NCBI GenBank assembly: GCA_963805015.1
Contig: CAWDSL010000024.1
Span: 577,893 to 641,892, forward strand
Source of the DNA: an uncultured bacterium
GTDB lineage: Bacteria; Acidobacteriota; Aminicenantia; Aminicenantales; Saccharicenantaceae
Length of the DNA: 64,000 nucleotides
Direction of reading: 5' to 3'
Every line of letters begins with the position of its first letter. Within the stretch, counting starts at the first letter, position 1. Positions 36,461 through 46,066 of this stretch are shown here, piece after piece. The notes below the pieces were generated by a model. That model searched no databases, was not told the DNA's origin, and saw nothing but the letters and a program-made list of their open reading frames with translations. A program made the translations under genes and the position numbers.

Positions 36461-38299
36461 ATGAACGGTTGGACCGGCCACATCCTCAGAGTCAACCTGA
36501 CCGCGAAAACCTTTAAGAAAGAGCCGTTCAGCGACGATTTCGCCCGCAAGTGGATCGGCGGCCGCGGTTTCGCCGTCAAGATCCTCTACGACGAGCTGGC
36601 CCCGGGGATCGACCCGCTCGGCCCCGACAACAAGTTCATCGTGGCCCTCGGGCCCATCGCCGGCATACCGGCCCCCAACACGGGGAAAGCGGTCGTCGCC
36701 GGCAAATCCCCCAGCACGGGCGGCTACGGCGACGGCAACCTGGGGACGCGGGTGGCCGAGCAGCTCCGCAAGGCGGGCTATGACGCCCTCATCGTCGAGG
36801 GCAAGGCCGCCGGGCCGACCATGCTCGTCATCGACGACGACAAGGTCGAGTTCCTGCCGGCCGACGCCGTCTGGGGCAAGGGCACCTACGAGACCAACGA
36901 CTGGATCTACGCCCAGTACGGCAAGGGCGTCGGCGTCCTCAACATCGGCCAGGCCGGCGAGAACCTCGTCCGCTACGCCGTCGTCCGCAGCCTCGAGGGC
37001 CGGGCCGGCGGCCGGACCGGCATGGGCGCGGTCATGGGCTCCAAGCTCCTCAAAGCCATCGTGGTCAAGGGCACGAAGCCCATCCCCCAGGCCGATCCGG
37101 CCGGGATGAAGAAGGTCGGCTACGACGACCTGCGCGAGGTCAACCGGATCGACAAGAAGAGCGGCTGGTCCATCCAGAGCACCAACGGCGTCCTGGCCTG
37201 GTGCAACGAGGTCGCGGCCCTGCCGGTCAGGAACTTCCGCAAGACCCACCACGCCGAGGCCTGGAAGTGCGACGGCGAGCGGCTGAACAACGCCCGCATC
37301 GCCACCTACGGCTGCCCCAATTGCACCATGCGCTGCGGCATCACCATTCACGACCAGGAGGGCCGGGAGTCCGAGCTCGACTACGAGAACGTCGGCCTGC
37401 TCGGCCCCAACCTGGAGATCTTCGACCTGCCGGCCATCGGCTCGCTCAACTACCTCTGCGACGACTACGGCATCGACACCATGTCGGGAGGCTGCGTCCT
37501 GAGCTTCTACGCCGACGCCATCGACCACGGCGCGGCGACGGGCAGCTATCAATTCGGGGATGTGGCCGCGTCCAAGCTCCTGCTCGGAGCGATCGCCCGC
37601 CGCGAGGGCGAGATCGGGAACATCCTGGCGGAGGGCTCGATGCGTGCCGCGCACAAGTTCGGTCACGGCTCCATCGACTACGCCATGCAGGTCAAGGGCC
37701 TCGAAGTGGCCGCCTACAACTGCAAGTTCATCCCGGGCATGGCCCTGGCCTTCGGGGTCAGCCCCATCGGCGCCCACCACAAGGAATCCTGGGTCATCAC
37801 CTTCGAGCTCAAGCAGTCGGTGCGCGAATCCTACGGCCCCGAGAAGGCCCAGAAGGTCGTCGACCTCCAGCGGATCCGGGGCGGGCTCTTCGAGTTCATC
37901 GTCGCCTGCCGCTTTCCCTGGATCGAGAACGGCTGGAGCCTCGAGAACTACCCCAAGTACTTCAAGCTCGTCAGCGGGCTCGACTGGACGCTCGACGACT
38001 TCTGGACGATCTCCGACCGGATCTACTCGATGATCAAGCTCTTCTGGCTGCGCGAATACCCGCAGACCGACCGCAAGCTCGACTATCCCCCGGCCGTCTG
38101 GTTCGACCCGGCCAATGTCGACACCGAAGGCCCGATCGCCGGCAAGCACCTCGAATACGACAAGTACGACGGGCTGCTCCAACACTACTACGACCTGCGC
38201 GGCTACGACAAGCGCGGCATCCCGACCAAGGCCACCCTGGAACGGCTGGGCGTCGCCGAAGAGGGCCGGGCGGCGGAAAAGTTCGGCAAGCTCTCATGA
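36461..38299 (+). CDS. aor: aldehyde:ferredoxin oxidoreductase (tungstopterin AOR family)
   Basis: 612 aa with the typical N-terminus MNGWTGHILRVNL..., GGRGF, and the 4Fe-4S ligand cluster CPNCTMRCG. Confidence 0.92.
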   Translation: MNGWTGHILRVNLTAKTFKKEPFSDDFARKWIGGRGFAVKILYDELAPGIDPLGPDNKFIVALGPIAGIPAPNTGKAVVAGKSPSTGGYGDGNLGTRVAEQLRKAGYDALIVEGKAAGPTMLVIDDDKVEFLPADAVWGKGTYETNDWIYAQYGKGVGVLNIGQAGENLVRYAVVRSLEGRAGGRTGMGAVMGSKLLKAIVVKGTKPIPQADPAGMKKVGYDDLREVNRIDKKSGWSIQSTNGVLAWCNEVAALPVRNFRKTHHAEAWKCDGERLNNARIATYGCPNCTMRCGITIHDQEGRESELDYENVGLLGPNLEIFDLPAIGSLNYLCDDYGIDTMSGGCVLSFYADAIDHGAATGSYQFGDVAASKLLLGAIARREGEIGNILAEGSMRAAHKFGHGSIDYAMQVKGLEVAAYNCKFIPGMALAFGVSPIGAHHKESWVITFELKQSVRESYGPEKAQKVVDLQRIRGGLFEFIVACRFPWIENGWSLENYPKYFKLVSGLDWTLDDFWTISDRIYSMIKLFWLREYPQTDRKLDYPPAVWFDPANVDTEGPIAGKHLEYDKYDGLLQHYYDLRGYDKRGIPTKATLERLGVAEEGRAAEKFGKLS

Positions 38300-38523
38300 A
38301 GATCACCGTCAAGCTGATCGGACCGTTCGTCCAGCTCTTCGGCTTCAGCGAGAAGGAGCTCGAGGTCGCGAGCGGCACGACCGCCGACGACCTGATCGGC
38401 CTGGTCAGCATCGACAAGTCCCGGCCCAAGATCGTCACCCGCAACGGCCGGGCCGTCGTGCCTGACGAGGCGTTGGCCGACGGCGACCGCGTCGTCGTCT
38501 CGCCGATCTACTCGGGAGGATGA
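38296..38523 (+). CDS. MoaD/ThiS-family ubiquitin-like sulfur carrier
   Basis: 75 aa ending in ...SPIYSGG (C-terminal Gly-Gly). ATGA overlaps with both AOR (38296-38299) and the ALDH gene (38520-38523). Confidence 0.8.
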   Translation: MKITVKLIGPFVQLFGFSEKELEVASGTTADDLIGLVSIDKSRPKIVTRNGRAVVPDEALADGDRVVVSPIYSGG

Positions 38524-40102
38524 GGACTTCGAGGATCCTCGTCGCCGGCGGCTGGCGCGAGGCGTGCGAACCCGCGGGCGTCTTCAGCGCCGTCGATCCG
38601 GCGACCGGGGACAGGATCCCGGGCGAGTATCCCGTCTCCTCCTGGTCCGACCTCGAGGACGCGCTCGCCGCCGGGGCCGAGGCGGCCTCCCTTCTCTCCC
38701 ATGCCGGTCCGGACCGGATCGCCGCCTTCCTCGACGGGATGGCCGAAGGTCTCGAGAAGCGCGCGGACGCGCTCGTCGAAACGGCCCAGCGCGAGACCGG
38801 GCTCCCGGCCGAGCCCCGGCTCCGGTCGGTGGAACTGCCGCGAACGACCGCCCAGCTCCGCCAGGCCGCCGCGGCCTGTCGCGACCGGTCCTGGTGCCGC
38901 GCCACGATCGACACCAGGCTCGGCATCCGCTCCCGGCTTGCCCCGCTCGGGGGCCCCGTCGCGGTCTTCGGCCCCAACAACTTCCCCTTCGCCTTCAACG
39001 CCGTCGGCGGCGGCGATTTCGCGGCCGCCCTGGCGGCCGGCAATCCGGTCATCGCCAAGGCCAATCCCGGCTCGCCGGGGACGACCCGTCTCCTGGCCGA
39101 GGCGGCGGTCGAGGCCATGGGCCGGATCGGCCTGCCCTCCACGGCCGTCCAGGTCCTGTACCATTTTCGGCCGAGGACGGCAGGCGTCTCGTCTCCCATC
39201 CCCTTCTCGGCGCCACCGGATTCACCGGCAGCCGGACCGCGGGGCTGGGGCTCAAGGAAGCCGCCGACCGGGCCGGCAAGCCGATCTACCTCGAGATGTC
39301 CAGCATCAACCCCGTCTTCGTCCTGCCCGGGGCGCTCCGCGAACGCGGAGCGGAGGTCGCGGCCGAGCTCTTCGCCTCCTGCACGGCGGGCGCCGGGCAA
39401 TTCTGCACCAAGCCCGGCCTCATCGTGTATGCCGAGGGCCCGGAGAGCGCCGGATTCAGGGGTCGGCTCGCGGCCGCCTTCGACGGCGCGCCGGCCGGCG
39501 TCCTGCTCGGCCGGGGGGTCCTGAAGGGATTGGAGGCGGGCGTGTCACGGTTAAAGAAGCTGGGCGCGCGGCTGGAGGCCGGCCGGGGCGAGCCCGAGGG
39601 CCCGGGGTTCCGGTTCCGGCCGGCGCTCTTCTTCGTCACGGGCTCGCGATTCCTCGAGGACGCGGCGGAGTTCCAGATCGAGTCGTTCGGTTCGCTCTCG
39701 CTCCTTGTCGCGGCCCGCGACGTGGCCGAGGTGGAGGAGATCGCCGCGCGGCTCGAAGGCCAGCTGACGGCCACCGTCTACAGCGCCCGCGACAACTCGG
39801 ACGAGGCCGCCTACGCCGCCCTCGAACCCGTCCTCCGGCGCAAGGCCGGCCGGCTCCTCAACGACAAGGTGCCGACGGGGGTCGCCGTCTCTCCGGCCAT
39901 GAACCACGGCGGTCCCTACCCGGCTTCCGGTCATCCGGGTTTCACCTCGGTCGGCATCCCGGCGGCCATGACCAGGTTCGCCGCCCTCCAGTGCTACGAC
40001 GGCGTCCGGCCGGACAGGCTGCCGCCCGAGCTGAGGGACGAGAATCCCACCGGCGCGATGGGACGCCTGATCGACGGCGAGTGGACGCGTCGTTCGCTCT
40101 GA
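38520..40102 (+). CDS. NAD(P)-dependent aldehyde dehydrogenase (2,5-dioxovalerate/KGSADH-like), frame-disrupted at a T4 run (39164-39167)
   Basis: The N-terminal 216 codons are in the frame of 38520 (...GLPSTAVQVLYHF). The rest (SAEDGRRLVSHPLLGATGFTGS...LEMSSINP...GAGQFCTKPG...) is in the -1 frame to 40102. One extra T joins them. Confidence 0.8.
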
Positions 40103-40160
40103 CCTCCGGACGACTCCGCCCGGACCGATGCGCCCGTTATAGGCCCGGGCGGGCCGCCTC

Positions 40161-40442
40161 TCACCGATAGAGGCAGAGGTAGGCCGCGTCGGCCGCAACA
40201 CGGAGCTGGAATTTCTGGCCCGCCGCGACCGTGAAGCTCTGGCCCGCCCGGTAGTCCTTCCAGGCGTCGCTCCCCGGCAGCTTGACCGTGAGGGCGCCGC
40301 TGACGACGCTCATGATCTCGACCGTGGACGTGCCGAACTCGTAGTCGCCCGGGGCCATGACCCCGACCGTCGCCGGTCCCTCGGCCGTTTGGAAGGCCAG
40401 CGATTTCACCTTCCCGTCGAAATACTCATTGACCTTGAACAT
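40161..40442 (-). CDS. ppnP: pyrimidine/purine nucleoside phosphorylase PpnP (DUF1255 cupin)
   Basis: I chose the ATG at 40442 (GAGGAAGG upstream). Sequence: [18 protein letters not shown]...GDYEFGT...E.M.V.SG.L. Confidence 0.8.
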   Translation of the reverse strand: MFKVNEYFDGKVKSLAFQTAEGPATVGVMAPGDYEFGTSTVEIMSVVSGALTVKLPGSDAWKDYRAGQSFTVAAGQKFQLRVAADAAYLCLYR

Positions 40443-40529
40443 GCCTTCCTCTTCCCCCGCAAGGAACCTTCCCCGCGGATAATCCATGACGTGTCGAGAC
40501 ACCCCCCGGCCGGACCTTCCTATCGGTGC

Positions 40530-41384
40530 TCATTTGACGCAGACGATAGCCCTCTCTTCGATGATCGGCTGCGGAGATTCGTCATGCGTCAGGGTCAAGG
40601 TGCGCTTGGCCGGGCCCTCCTTGACCGCGCGACAGACCAGTCGATAGATCAGCTTCTCCCCCGGAGCGAGAATGGGGCTCGCCTCGAACCTGACCTCGCC
40701 GCCCTCGGACTTTGCCGTTTCCCCCCACGGTCCGACCGCGCTCGATATCTCCAGCTCCGGCGTGACAACGATCCGAGCGACAATGTTGGTGCACATCGCG
40801 GTCCCCTCGTTCCGAACCTCGATCATCTGAGTCGTCGTCTGGCCGACCGTGAGGGTCTCCGGGATCTCGCCGGACGAAACCGCGAGGCCGGCGGAGCCGA
40901 GGATATTCAGAGAGAACAGGGACGCCACAAAGCACAACGAGGCTTTCGGGAGATGGGAGCCGGGCTTCACCGCGCGGGCCGTGATCGTCATCTCCTCGAA
41001 TTTTCCAGGCGCGATCTCGGGCAGGGTCCACGAGATGGTCGCCAGGTGCTGGCCGCAGGCAGGGATCAGCGTTCCCTGCGGCTCCGCCTTGACGAACTCC
41101 AATCCGCCGGGCAACGAGACCGTCGCCAGGTGGCCTTTGGCCGCTGTCTCGGTCAACATGTTATTGCCCGCGCGGACCCTCAGGATCACCGTGTCTCCGA
41201 GCTTCGTCAACGTGGGGCCTGAGATGTCGATCCACATCGAGTGCGCGACGGCCACCGGTGCCCCGTCGGGGGACTTTGTACTCCGCGACGGGACCTGGGG
41301 CCGACCGGCGCCGGTCCCCGCCGCCAAGCCGGCGAGAGCCAAAGCCGCCGCTACGAGTCCGCGGAAGCGTGTCTTGACGGCCAT
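40530..41384 (-). CDS. secreted protein with DUF11-like Ig-fold repeats
   Basis: 284 aa with a signal peptide and two repeats of the pattern GDTV...V.N.G...A.NV...LP.G..FV. Confidence 0.7.
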   Translation of the reverse strand: MAVKTRFRGLVAAALALAGLAAGTGAGRPQVPSRSTKSPDGAPVAVAHSMWIDISGPTLTKLGDTVILRVRAGNNMLTETAAKGHLATVSLPGGLEFVKAEPQGTLIPACGQHLATISWTLPEIAPGKFEEMTITARAVKPGSHLPKASLCFVASLFSLNILGSAGLAVSSGEIPETLTVGQTTTQMIEVRNEGTAMCTNIVARIVVTPELEISSAVGPWGETAKSEGGEVRFEASPILAPGEKLIYRLVCRAVKEGPAKRTLTLTHDESPQPIIEERAIVCVK

Positions 41385-41455
41385 GATCGTCCTCCTCGAA
41401 CGCCCTAGGACATGATCGACATTCCCGGCCTTAACGGGCCCATGATATTTCCCGG

Positions 41456-42106
41456 CTAAATCCTCGGCCCTCTCATATTGATCAGCAGCTCGATGACCAG
41501 GTTGGCTTGCAGGGCCGCGACCAGGGCCACGCGCGGCGCCATCGGGCTGACGCCCTTCGGGCTCTGGCTCTCCTCGTCGCCGCAGATGTAGAGATTGCCC
41601 ATCCGGCGGGTATGGACCTTGGCATTCCGGCCGAAGCCGGCCAGGCCGGAGGCCGCGACGATGGGCCGGCCCGGGAACTTCGACAGGCTGGCTTCGATGA
41701 GCATCTCCTTGGCCTCGGCCCGGTCGAAGGCCTCGACCAGGACGTCGACCCGGCCGAAGATCCTGGTCGCGTTCCGCCTGTTGACCCGGACGGCGTGGAC
41801 CTCGTAAAGGGAGTAGGGATTGATGGCCAGCAAGTTCTCGCGGAGGGCTTCGACCTTGCGGTCGCCGACCTGGTCGACGAAGTACTGCTGGCGGTTGAGG
41901 TTGGAGGGCTCGATCCGGTCGAAGTCGGCGATGACCAGCCGGCCGATCCCGGCCCGGGCCAGGGCGACGGCCACGTTGGAGCCGAGGCCGCCGGCGCCGG
42001 CGATGCCGACCGAGCTCTGCCGGAGGGCGGCCAGCACGGCCGGGTCGCGGTGGGCGAAGTACTCCCGGGCGAAGGCGATCGAACCCGGCTTGGGCACGGC
42101 TTTCAT
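41456..42106 (-). CDS. ThiF/MoeB-family E1-like adenylyltransferase (short form)
   Basis: 216 aa with the nucleotide-binding loop GAGGLGS and DFDRIEPSNLNRQ. Confidence 0.85.
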   Translation of the reverse strand: MKAVPKPGSIAFAREYFAHRDPAVLAALRQSSVGIAGAGGLGSNVAVALARAGIGRLVIADFDRIEPSNLNRQQYFVDQVGDRKVEALRENLLAINPYSLYEVHAVRVNRRNATRIFGRVDVLVEAFDRAEAKEMLIEASLSKFPGRPIVAASGLAGFGRNAKVHTRRMGNLYICGDEESQSPKGVSPMAPRVALVAALQANLVIELLINMRGPRI

Positions 42107-42789
42107 GGCTTCGCCGGCCCCTGGGCCGCGTCGCCCTTGCGGTCGATGACGAGCGAGATCCTCTTCGGCTCCGGATCGATGCCGCTGAGCGAGGTGACCA
42201 TTCCCAGAACGGTCCTCTCGATGAAGGTCCGGACGAACGGGTTCAGGTTGACCTCCCGCCCGTCGACTTCGAGGGTGATATCCGCCATGTCCTCCTCCTG
42301 GGAGAGAATGAGATCGCAGACCGGGCCGACCTCGTCGGGCCCGAGGACCGGGACGGACAGGCCTCCGGGCGGGGGCCCGTCCGAGACGACGGCCAAGAGC
42401 CGGTCCAGCGGCTCGACTTGGACGTCGAGGAGGCCGGCCCGTCGGACCTCGATCTTAGGCACGCCCCGGATATCCTTGCCGCCCTCGATGAGGACGACGT
42501 CCGCATCGGGGAAGAGCCGGCGCGCGAGCCGGGAGGCGTCGGCGGCGGGGCTATGGCCAAGGGCCGCCCAGCCGTCCGGCGAGACCATGGCCACGCCGTC
42601 GGCCCCGGCCGCGGCGAAGTCGGCCGTGTCCTTGCCTTCCGTGTCCAGGCAAAAGCCGTGGGAACAGCGCTTGACGGCCGCGACCCGCAGGCCGCGGCGT
42701 TTGAGCTCCCCGATGAGCCGGACGACGAGTCGCGTCTTGCCGCTCTCGGAGAAGCCCACGACCGCCGCGATCTTCATCGCGTTCTTCAT
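42103..42789 (-). CDS. mobB: molybdopterin-guanine dinucleotide biosynthesis adaptor MobB with an extra C-terminal domain of about 60 aa
   Basis: I chose the ATG at 42789 (42777 is an alternative). P-loop GFSESGKT. KRCSHGF and DVVLIEGGK motifs. Overlaps the ThiF-like gene by 4 nt. Confidence 0.75.
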   Translation of the reverse strand: MKNAMKIAAVVGFSESGKTRLVVRLIGELKRRGLRVAAVKRCSHGFCLDTEGKDTADFAAAGADGVAMVSPDGWAALGHSPAADASRLARRLFPDADVVLIEGGKDIRGVPKIEVRRAGLLDVQVEPLDRLLAVVSDGPPPGGLSVPVLGPDEVGPVCDLILSQEEDMADITLEVDGREVNLNPFVRTFIERTVLGMVTSLSGIDPEPKRISLVIDRKGDAAQGPAKP

Positions 42790-42839
42790 AGCATAGGGCC
42801 CCCGGCAAGTCAAAGCGCCGCGGCCGGGCCGCCCGGGCC

Positions 42840-44465
42840 TCACTGCCAGACGACCTTCATGTTCTCCGGGCCGCGCTTCGTGACCTCGGGCCTCAGGTCG
42901 AGCTTCAGGAGGGCGGGCCTGTTGCCGATGTCCATGGCCACACGATAGACGAGCTCCGAGACCCTCTCCATCTTGACGTAGTCGGCCTTGGCCTCGACGT
43001 CCCCCTCGGTATGGTAGTCCTCGGTCGTGCCGCAGAAGAACCACACGCCCGGGATGCCGTAGCGGATGTAGGGGTACTGGTCGCTGCGGAAGAAGAAGCG
43101 GTCGGGATGGCCGGGGGCCTCGTAGGTGTAGTCGAGGCGGAGGCCGGGGCCCGGCGATCCGTTCATGGCCTTGATACTGGCGTCGAGCTCGGAGCTCAGC
43201 TTGTTCGAGCCGATGAGATAGATCTGGTCGGTGGCGTTGCGCGAGATCATGTCCAGGTTGAGGTTGGCGCTGATCGTCTCGGCCGGCACGGGGCAGTGTT
43301 GGACGAAATAGTAGGAGCCGAGGAGCATCAGCTCTTCGGCCGTGTTCCAGACAAAGATGATGGACCGCTTGGGCGGCGCGAGGAGCAGGGCCTCGGCGAT
43401 CTCGAACATGCCGACGACCCCGGAGATGTTATCGTCCGAACCCGGATAGACCCGGCCCTCGCGGACGGCCAGATGGTCGTGGTGGGAGCAGATGGTGAGG
43501 TATTCCTGCCGCAAGACCGGATCGGCGCCCGCCACGCAGGCGACGACGTTGAAGGCTCTGTCCCGCCGTGTGGCGGCGGCGATATCGATCTCCAGGCGCC
43601 GGCCGGCGAGCCGTCTCGCGGCGACGGGCTTCCCCCGGCGCAGGTCCCCGGACATCCGGGCCAACTCCTCCGGGGCGCATCCCAGGAGGGCGGCGCCCGC
43701 CCCGTGCCTGACCTCGACCTGGAGGAAGGGGGCCGAACCCGGCCGCGGCGGCGCGGCCCCCGGCGCGGTGTTGTCGATATCCAGGACCCGGGACCGCTCG
43801 GGGAGATCGAACGACAGTCCCATCCCGGCCAATCGGGATTCGCGCGCTTCGTCGATGATCGTGACGACCGCGGCCGCGCCCCGCTCCCTCAAGGCGCCGG
43901 CCCGGCCGCCGAGCCGACGGCGGTTCGCGGCCGGGTCCAGCGGATGGTCCGCGGGCAGGGTCGCGTCGAGGAGGACGGCGATCTTGCCCGTGAGATCGAT
44001 CCCGGCTCCATCCTCCCAGCCGAGGTCGGGGGCGACGAGCCCGTAGCCCAGGAACACGATCTCGCCCGCGGCCTGGCCCGTCTCGAACCAGCGCCCGGCC
44101 GTCGCCTCGGCCGGGAAGGAGAAGACTCGCTCCCCGGAGGGCGCGACCAGGCGCAGGCGGGAAGCGGCCGGCACGACGGAGGTGACCTCGACCGGGACCT
44201 CCTGATAGTACGAGCCGCCGGGCATGAGCGGCTCGAGGCCGATCTGCTCGGCCGTGAGAGCGATGTACTTGGAGGCGACGTCCTGCTCGACGGACGGGGT
44301 CTTCCGGCCCCGGAATTCCGGCGCCCCGAGGAACTTCAGGTGGAAGGACATGTCTTCGGCGCGGATCGCGTCGAGGGCCCGGGCGGCGGGGTCCTTCGCG
44401 CAACCGGCGAGGACGAGGGCCAGTCCGGCCGCCAGGAACGGGAGGGAATATCGGCGAGCTGTCAT
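42840..44465 (-). CDS. M28-family aminopeptidase lipoprotein with PA domain
   Basis: I chose the ATG at 44465 (GGAGG upstream). Lipobox LVLAGC. Zinc-ligand region: CSHHDHL, GSDDNISGV, NTAEELMLLGS. Confidence 0.85.
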   Translation of the reverse strand: MTARRYSLPFLAAGLALVLAGCAKDPAARALDAIRAEDMSFHLKFLGAPEFRGRKTPSVEQDVASKYIALTAEQIGLEPLMPGGSYYQEVPVEVTSVVPAASRLRLVAPSGERVFSFPAEATAGRWFETGQAAGEIVFLGYGLVAPDLGWEDGAGIDLTGKIAVLLDATLPADHPLDPAANRRRLGGRAGALRERGAAAVVTIIDEARESRLAGMGLSFDLPERSRVLDIDNTAPGAAPPRPGSAPFLQVEVRHGAGAALLGCAPEELARMSGDLRRGKPVAARRLAGRRLEIDIAAATRRDRAFNVVACVAGADPVLRQEYLTICSHHDHLAVREGRVYPGSDDNISGVVGMFEIAEALLLAPPKRSIIFVWNTAEELMLLGSYYFVQHCPVPAETISANLNLDMISRNATDQIYLIGSNKLSSELDASIKAMNGSPGPGLRLDYTYEAPGHPDRFFFRSDQYPYIRYGIPGVWFFCGTTEDYHTEGDVEAKADYVKMERVSELVYRVAMDIGNRPALLKLDLRPEVTKRGPENMKVVWQ

Positions 44466-44500
44466 CGGGGCCTCCTGCGTCGCGGAAGTCGAGATATCTA

Positions 44501-44528
44501 GGTATATCAACGGGCGGCGGGCTGTCAA
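44501..44528 (-). promoter_or_regulatory. sigma70-like promoter TTGACA-N16-TATACC for the M28 peptidase gene
   Basis: On the minus strand, TTGACA at 44528-44523 and TATACC at 44506-44501. Confidence 0.4.
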
Positions 44529-44546
44529 ACCGGATGATCGCGGGGA

Positions 44547-44574
44547 TTGCTTTCCATTCCGGGTGAGATATAAT
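44547..44574 (+). promoter_or_regulatory. sigma70-like promoter TTGCTT-N16-TATAAT for the amino-acid permease gene
   Basis: TTGCTT at 44547-44552 and TATAAT at 44569-44574. Confidence 0.45.
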
Positions 44575-44611
44575 CCCCATCTTGACCGCCGCGAACGGAA
44601 GTGAGGTCCTC

Positions 44612-46018
44612 ATGAACATCTGGAAGACCAAGTCGCCGGCCCAGATCGCCGAGGCCGCCGAAAACACCCAGCTCAAGAAGAACCTGACGGCTTTCGATCT
44701 GGCCGCCCTCGGCGTCGGCTCCGTCGTCGGGACCGGCATCTTCGTGGCCACGGGCCAGGGCGCCCAGCTGGCCGGGCCGGGAGTCCTGCTGTCCTTCATC
44801 ATCGCCGCGGTCACCTGCGGCTTCTGCGCCCTGACCTACTCGGAGCTGGCCTGCATGTTCCCGGTCGCGGGCAGCACTTACTCCTATTCCTACGTCGCCT
44901 TCGGCGAGGTCATCGCCTGGATCATCGGCTGGGACCTGATGCTCGAATACCTGGTCGCCGCGAGCGCCGTGGCCTCGGGCTGGTCGACGACCTTCATCGG
45001 TCTCATCCAAAGCGCCGGGGTCAAGCTGCCGAAGGCCTTCCTGACGCCGCCGATCACCACGGTCGATCACAAGGTCGTTCTGTCCGGCGGGATCATCGAT
45101 CTCCCGGCGGTCATCATCACCCTGCTCATCACCTGGGTCCTCTACATCGGCATCCGGGAGAGCGCCAAGATCAACAACGTCATCGTCCTGGTCAAGGTCG
45201 CCGTCATCCTGCTCTTCATCGTCCTCGGCGTCCGGCACGTCAGCCTGGCCAACCTCCAGCCGATGATGCCGTTCGGCTGGAAGGGGGTCATGGCCGGCGC
45301 GGCCATCATCTTCTTCGCCTACATCGGCTTCGACGCGGTCTCCACGGCCGCCGAGGAGACCAAGAACCCCAAGCGGGACGTCCCGCTCGGGCTGATGATC
45401 TGCCTGGGCGTCGTCATCGTCCTCTACGTCGCGGTGGCCTTCGTCCTGACCGGCATCGTCCCCTACAAGCAGATCGACGTCGGCAACGCGCTGCCGGCCG
45501 CGCTGGCCAGCATCGGCATCCGGTGGGGCGGAGCGCTCGTGGCCACCGGGGCCATCATCGGCATGATCTCGACGCTGCTCGTCACCCTGTACGGCCAGAT
45601 CCGCATCTTCATGGTCATGTCCCGCGACGGCCTGCTGCCCCCGGTCTTCGCCAAGGTCCACCCCAAGCACCGCACGCCGCATCTGTGCACCTGGATCACG
45701 GGCGTCGCCACGGCCCTCATCGCCGGGCTGTTCCCGCTGCCCATGATCATCGACCTCTGCAACATCGGCACCCTGTTCGCCTTCGTCCTGGTCTCGATCG
45801 GCGTCATCCTGCTGCGCAAGACGCGGCCCGAGGTCGAGAGGAAGTTCAAGACGCCGGGCGTGCCGTTCACCCCGCTGGTGACGGTCGCCTTCTGCTTCTA
45901 CCTGATGGCCAGCCTGCCCAAGGTCACCTGGATCCGCTTCGGCATCTGGCTGCTGGCCGGTTTGGCCATCTACTTCATGTACGGCTTCCGCCACAGCAAG
46001 CTGCAGAAAGAGGCCTGA
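44612..46018 (+). CDS. APC-superfamily amino acid permease (cationic amino acid transporter-like)
   Basis: I chose the ATG at 44612 (GAGG upstream). 12-14 TM helices, with GVGSVVGTGIFVATG and FPVAGSTYSYSY motifs. Confidence 0.9.
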   Translation: MNIWKTKSPAQIAEAAENTQLKKNLTAFDLAALGVGSVVGTGIFVATGQGAQLAGPGVLLSFIIAAVTCGFCALTYSELACMFPVAGSTYSYSYVAFGEVIAWIIGWDLMLEYLVAASAVASGWSTTFIGLIQSAGVKLPKAFLTPPITTVDHKVVLSGGIIDLPAVIITLLITWVLYIGIRESAKINNVIVLVKVAVILLFIVLGVRHVSLANLQPMMPFGWKGVMAGAAIIFFAYIGFDAVSTAAEETKNPKRDVPLGLMICLGVVIVLYVAVAFVLTGIVPYKQIDVGNALPAALASIGIRWGGALVATGAIIGMISTLLVTLYGQIRIFMVMSRDGLLPPVFAKVHPKHRTPHLCTWITGVATALIAGLFPLPMIIDLCNIGTLFAFVLVSIGVILLRKTRPEVERKFKTPGVPFTPLVTVAFCFYLMASLPKVTWIRFGIWLLAGLAIYFMYGFRHSKLQKEA

Positions 46019-46037
46019 TCATGACTTTCCGCGGCGC

Positions 46038-46066
46038 TTGACGGTCCGGGCCGGCTGTGTTAATCT
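46038..46066 (+). promoter_or_regulatory. sigma70-like promoter TTGACG-N17-TAATCT upstream of the TonB-dependent receptor
   Basis: TTGACG at 46038-46043 and TAATCT at 46061-46066. This implies a structured leader of about 100 nt. Confidence 0.4.

Noticed and set aside
38564-40170. Alternative-frame ORFs 38564..39160 (upstream part) and 38701..40170 as separate genes
   Set aside because: Both are Arg/Pro/Gly-rich out-of-frame readings of the ALDH gene. Only the 3' part of 38564..40102 carries ALDH motifs, and it joins the 38520 frame at the T4 run.
44582-44611. TTG start at 44582 for the amino-acid permease (track ORF start)
   Set aside because: It lies 7 nt after the -10 hexamer and so would need a leaderless TTG. 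The ATG at 44612 has a Shine-Dalgarno (GAGG) at proper spacing, and conserved permease sequence starts after it.
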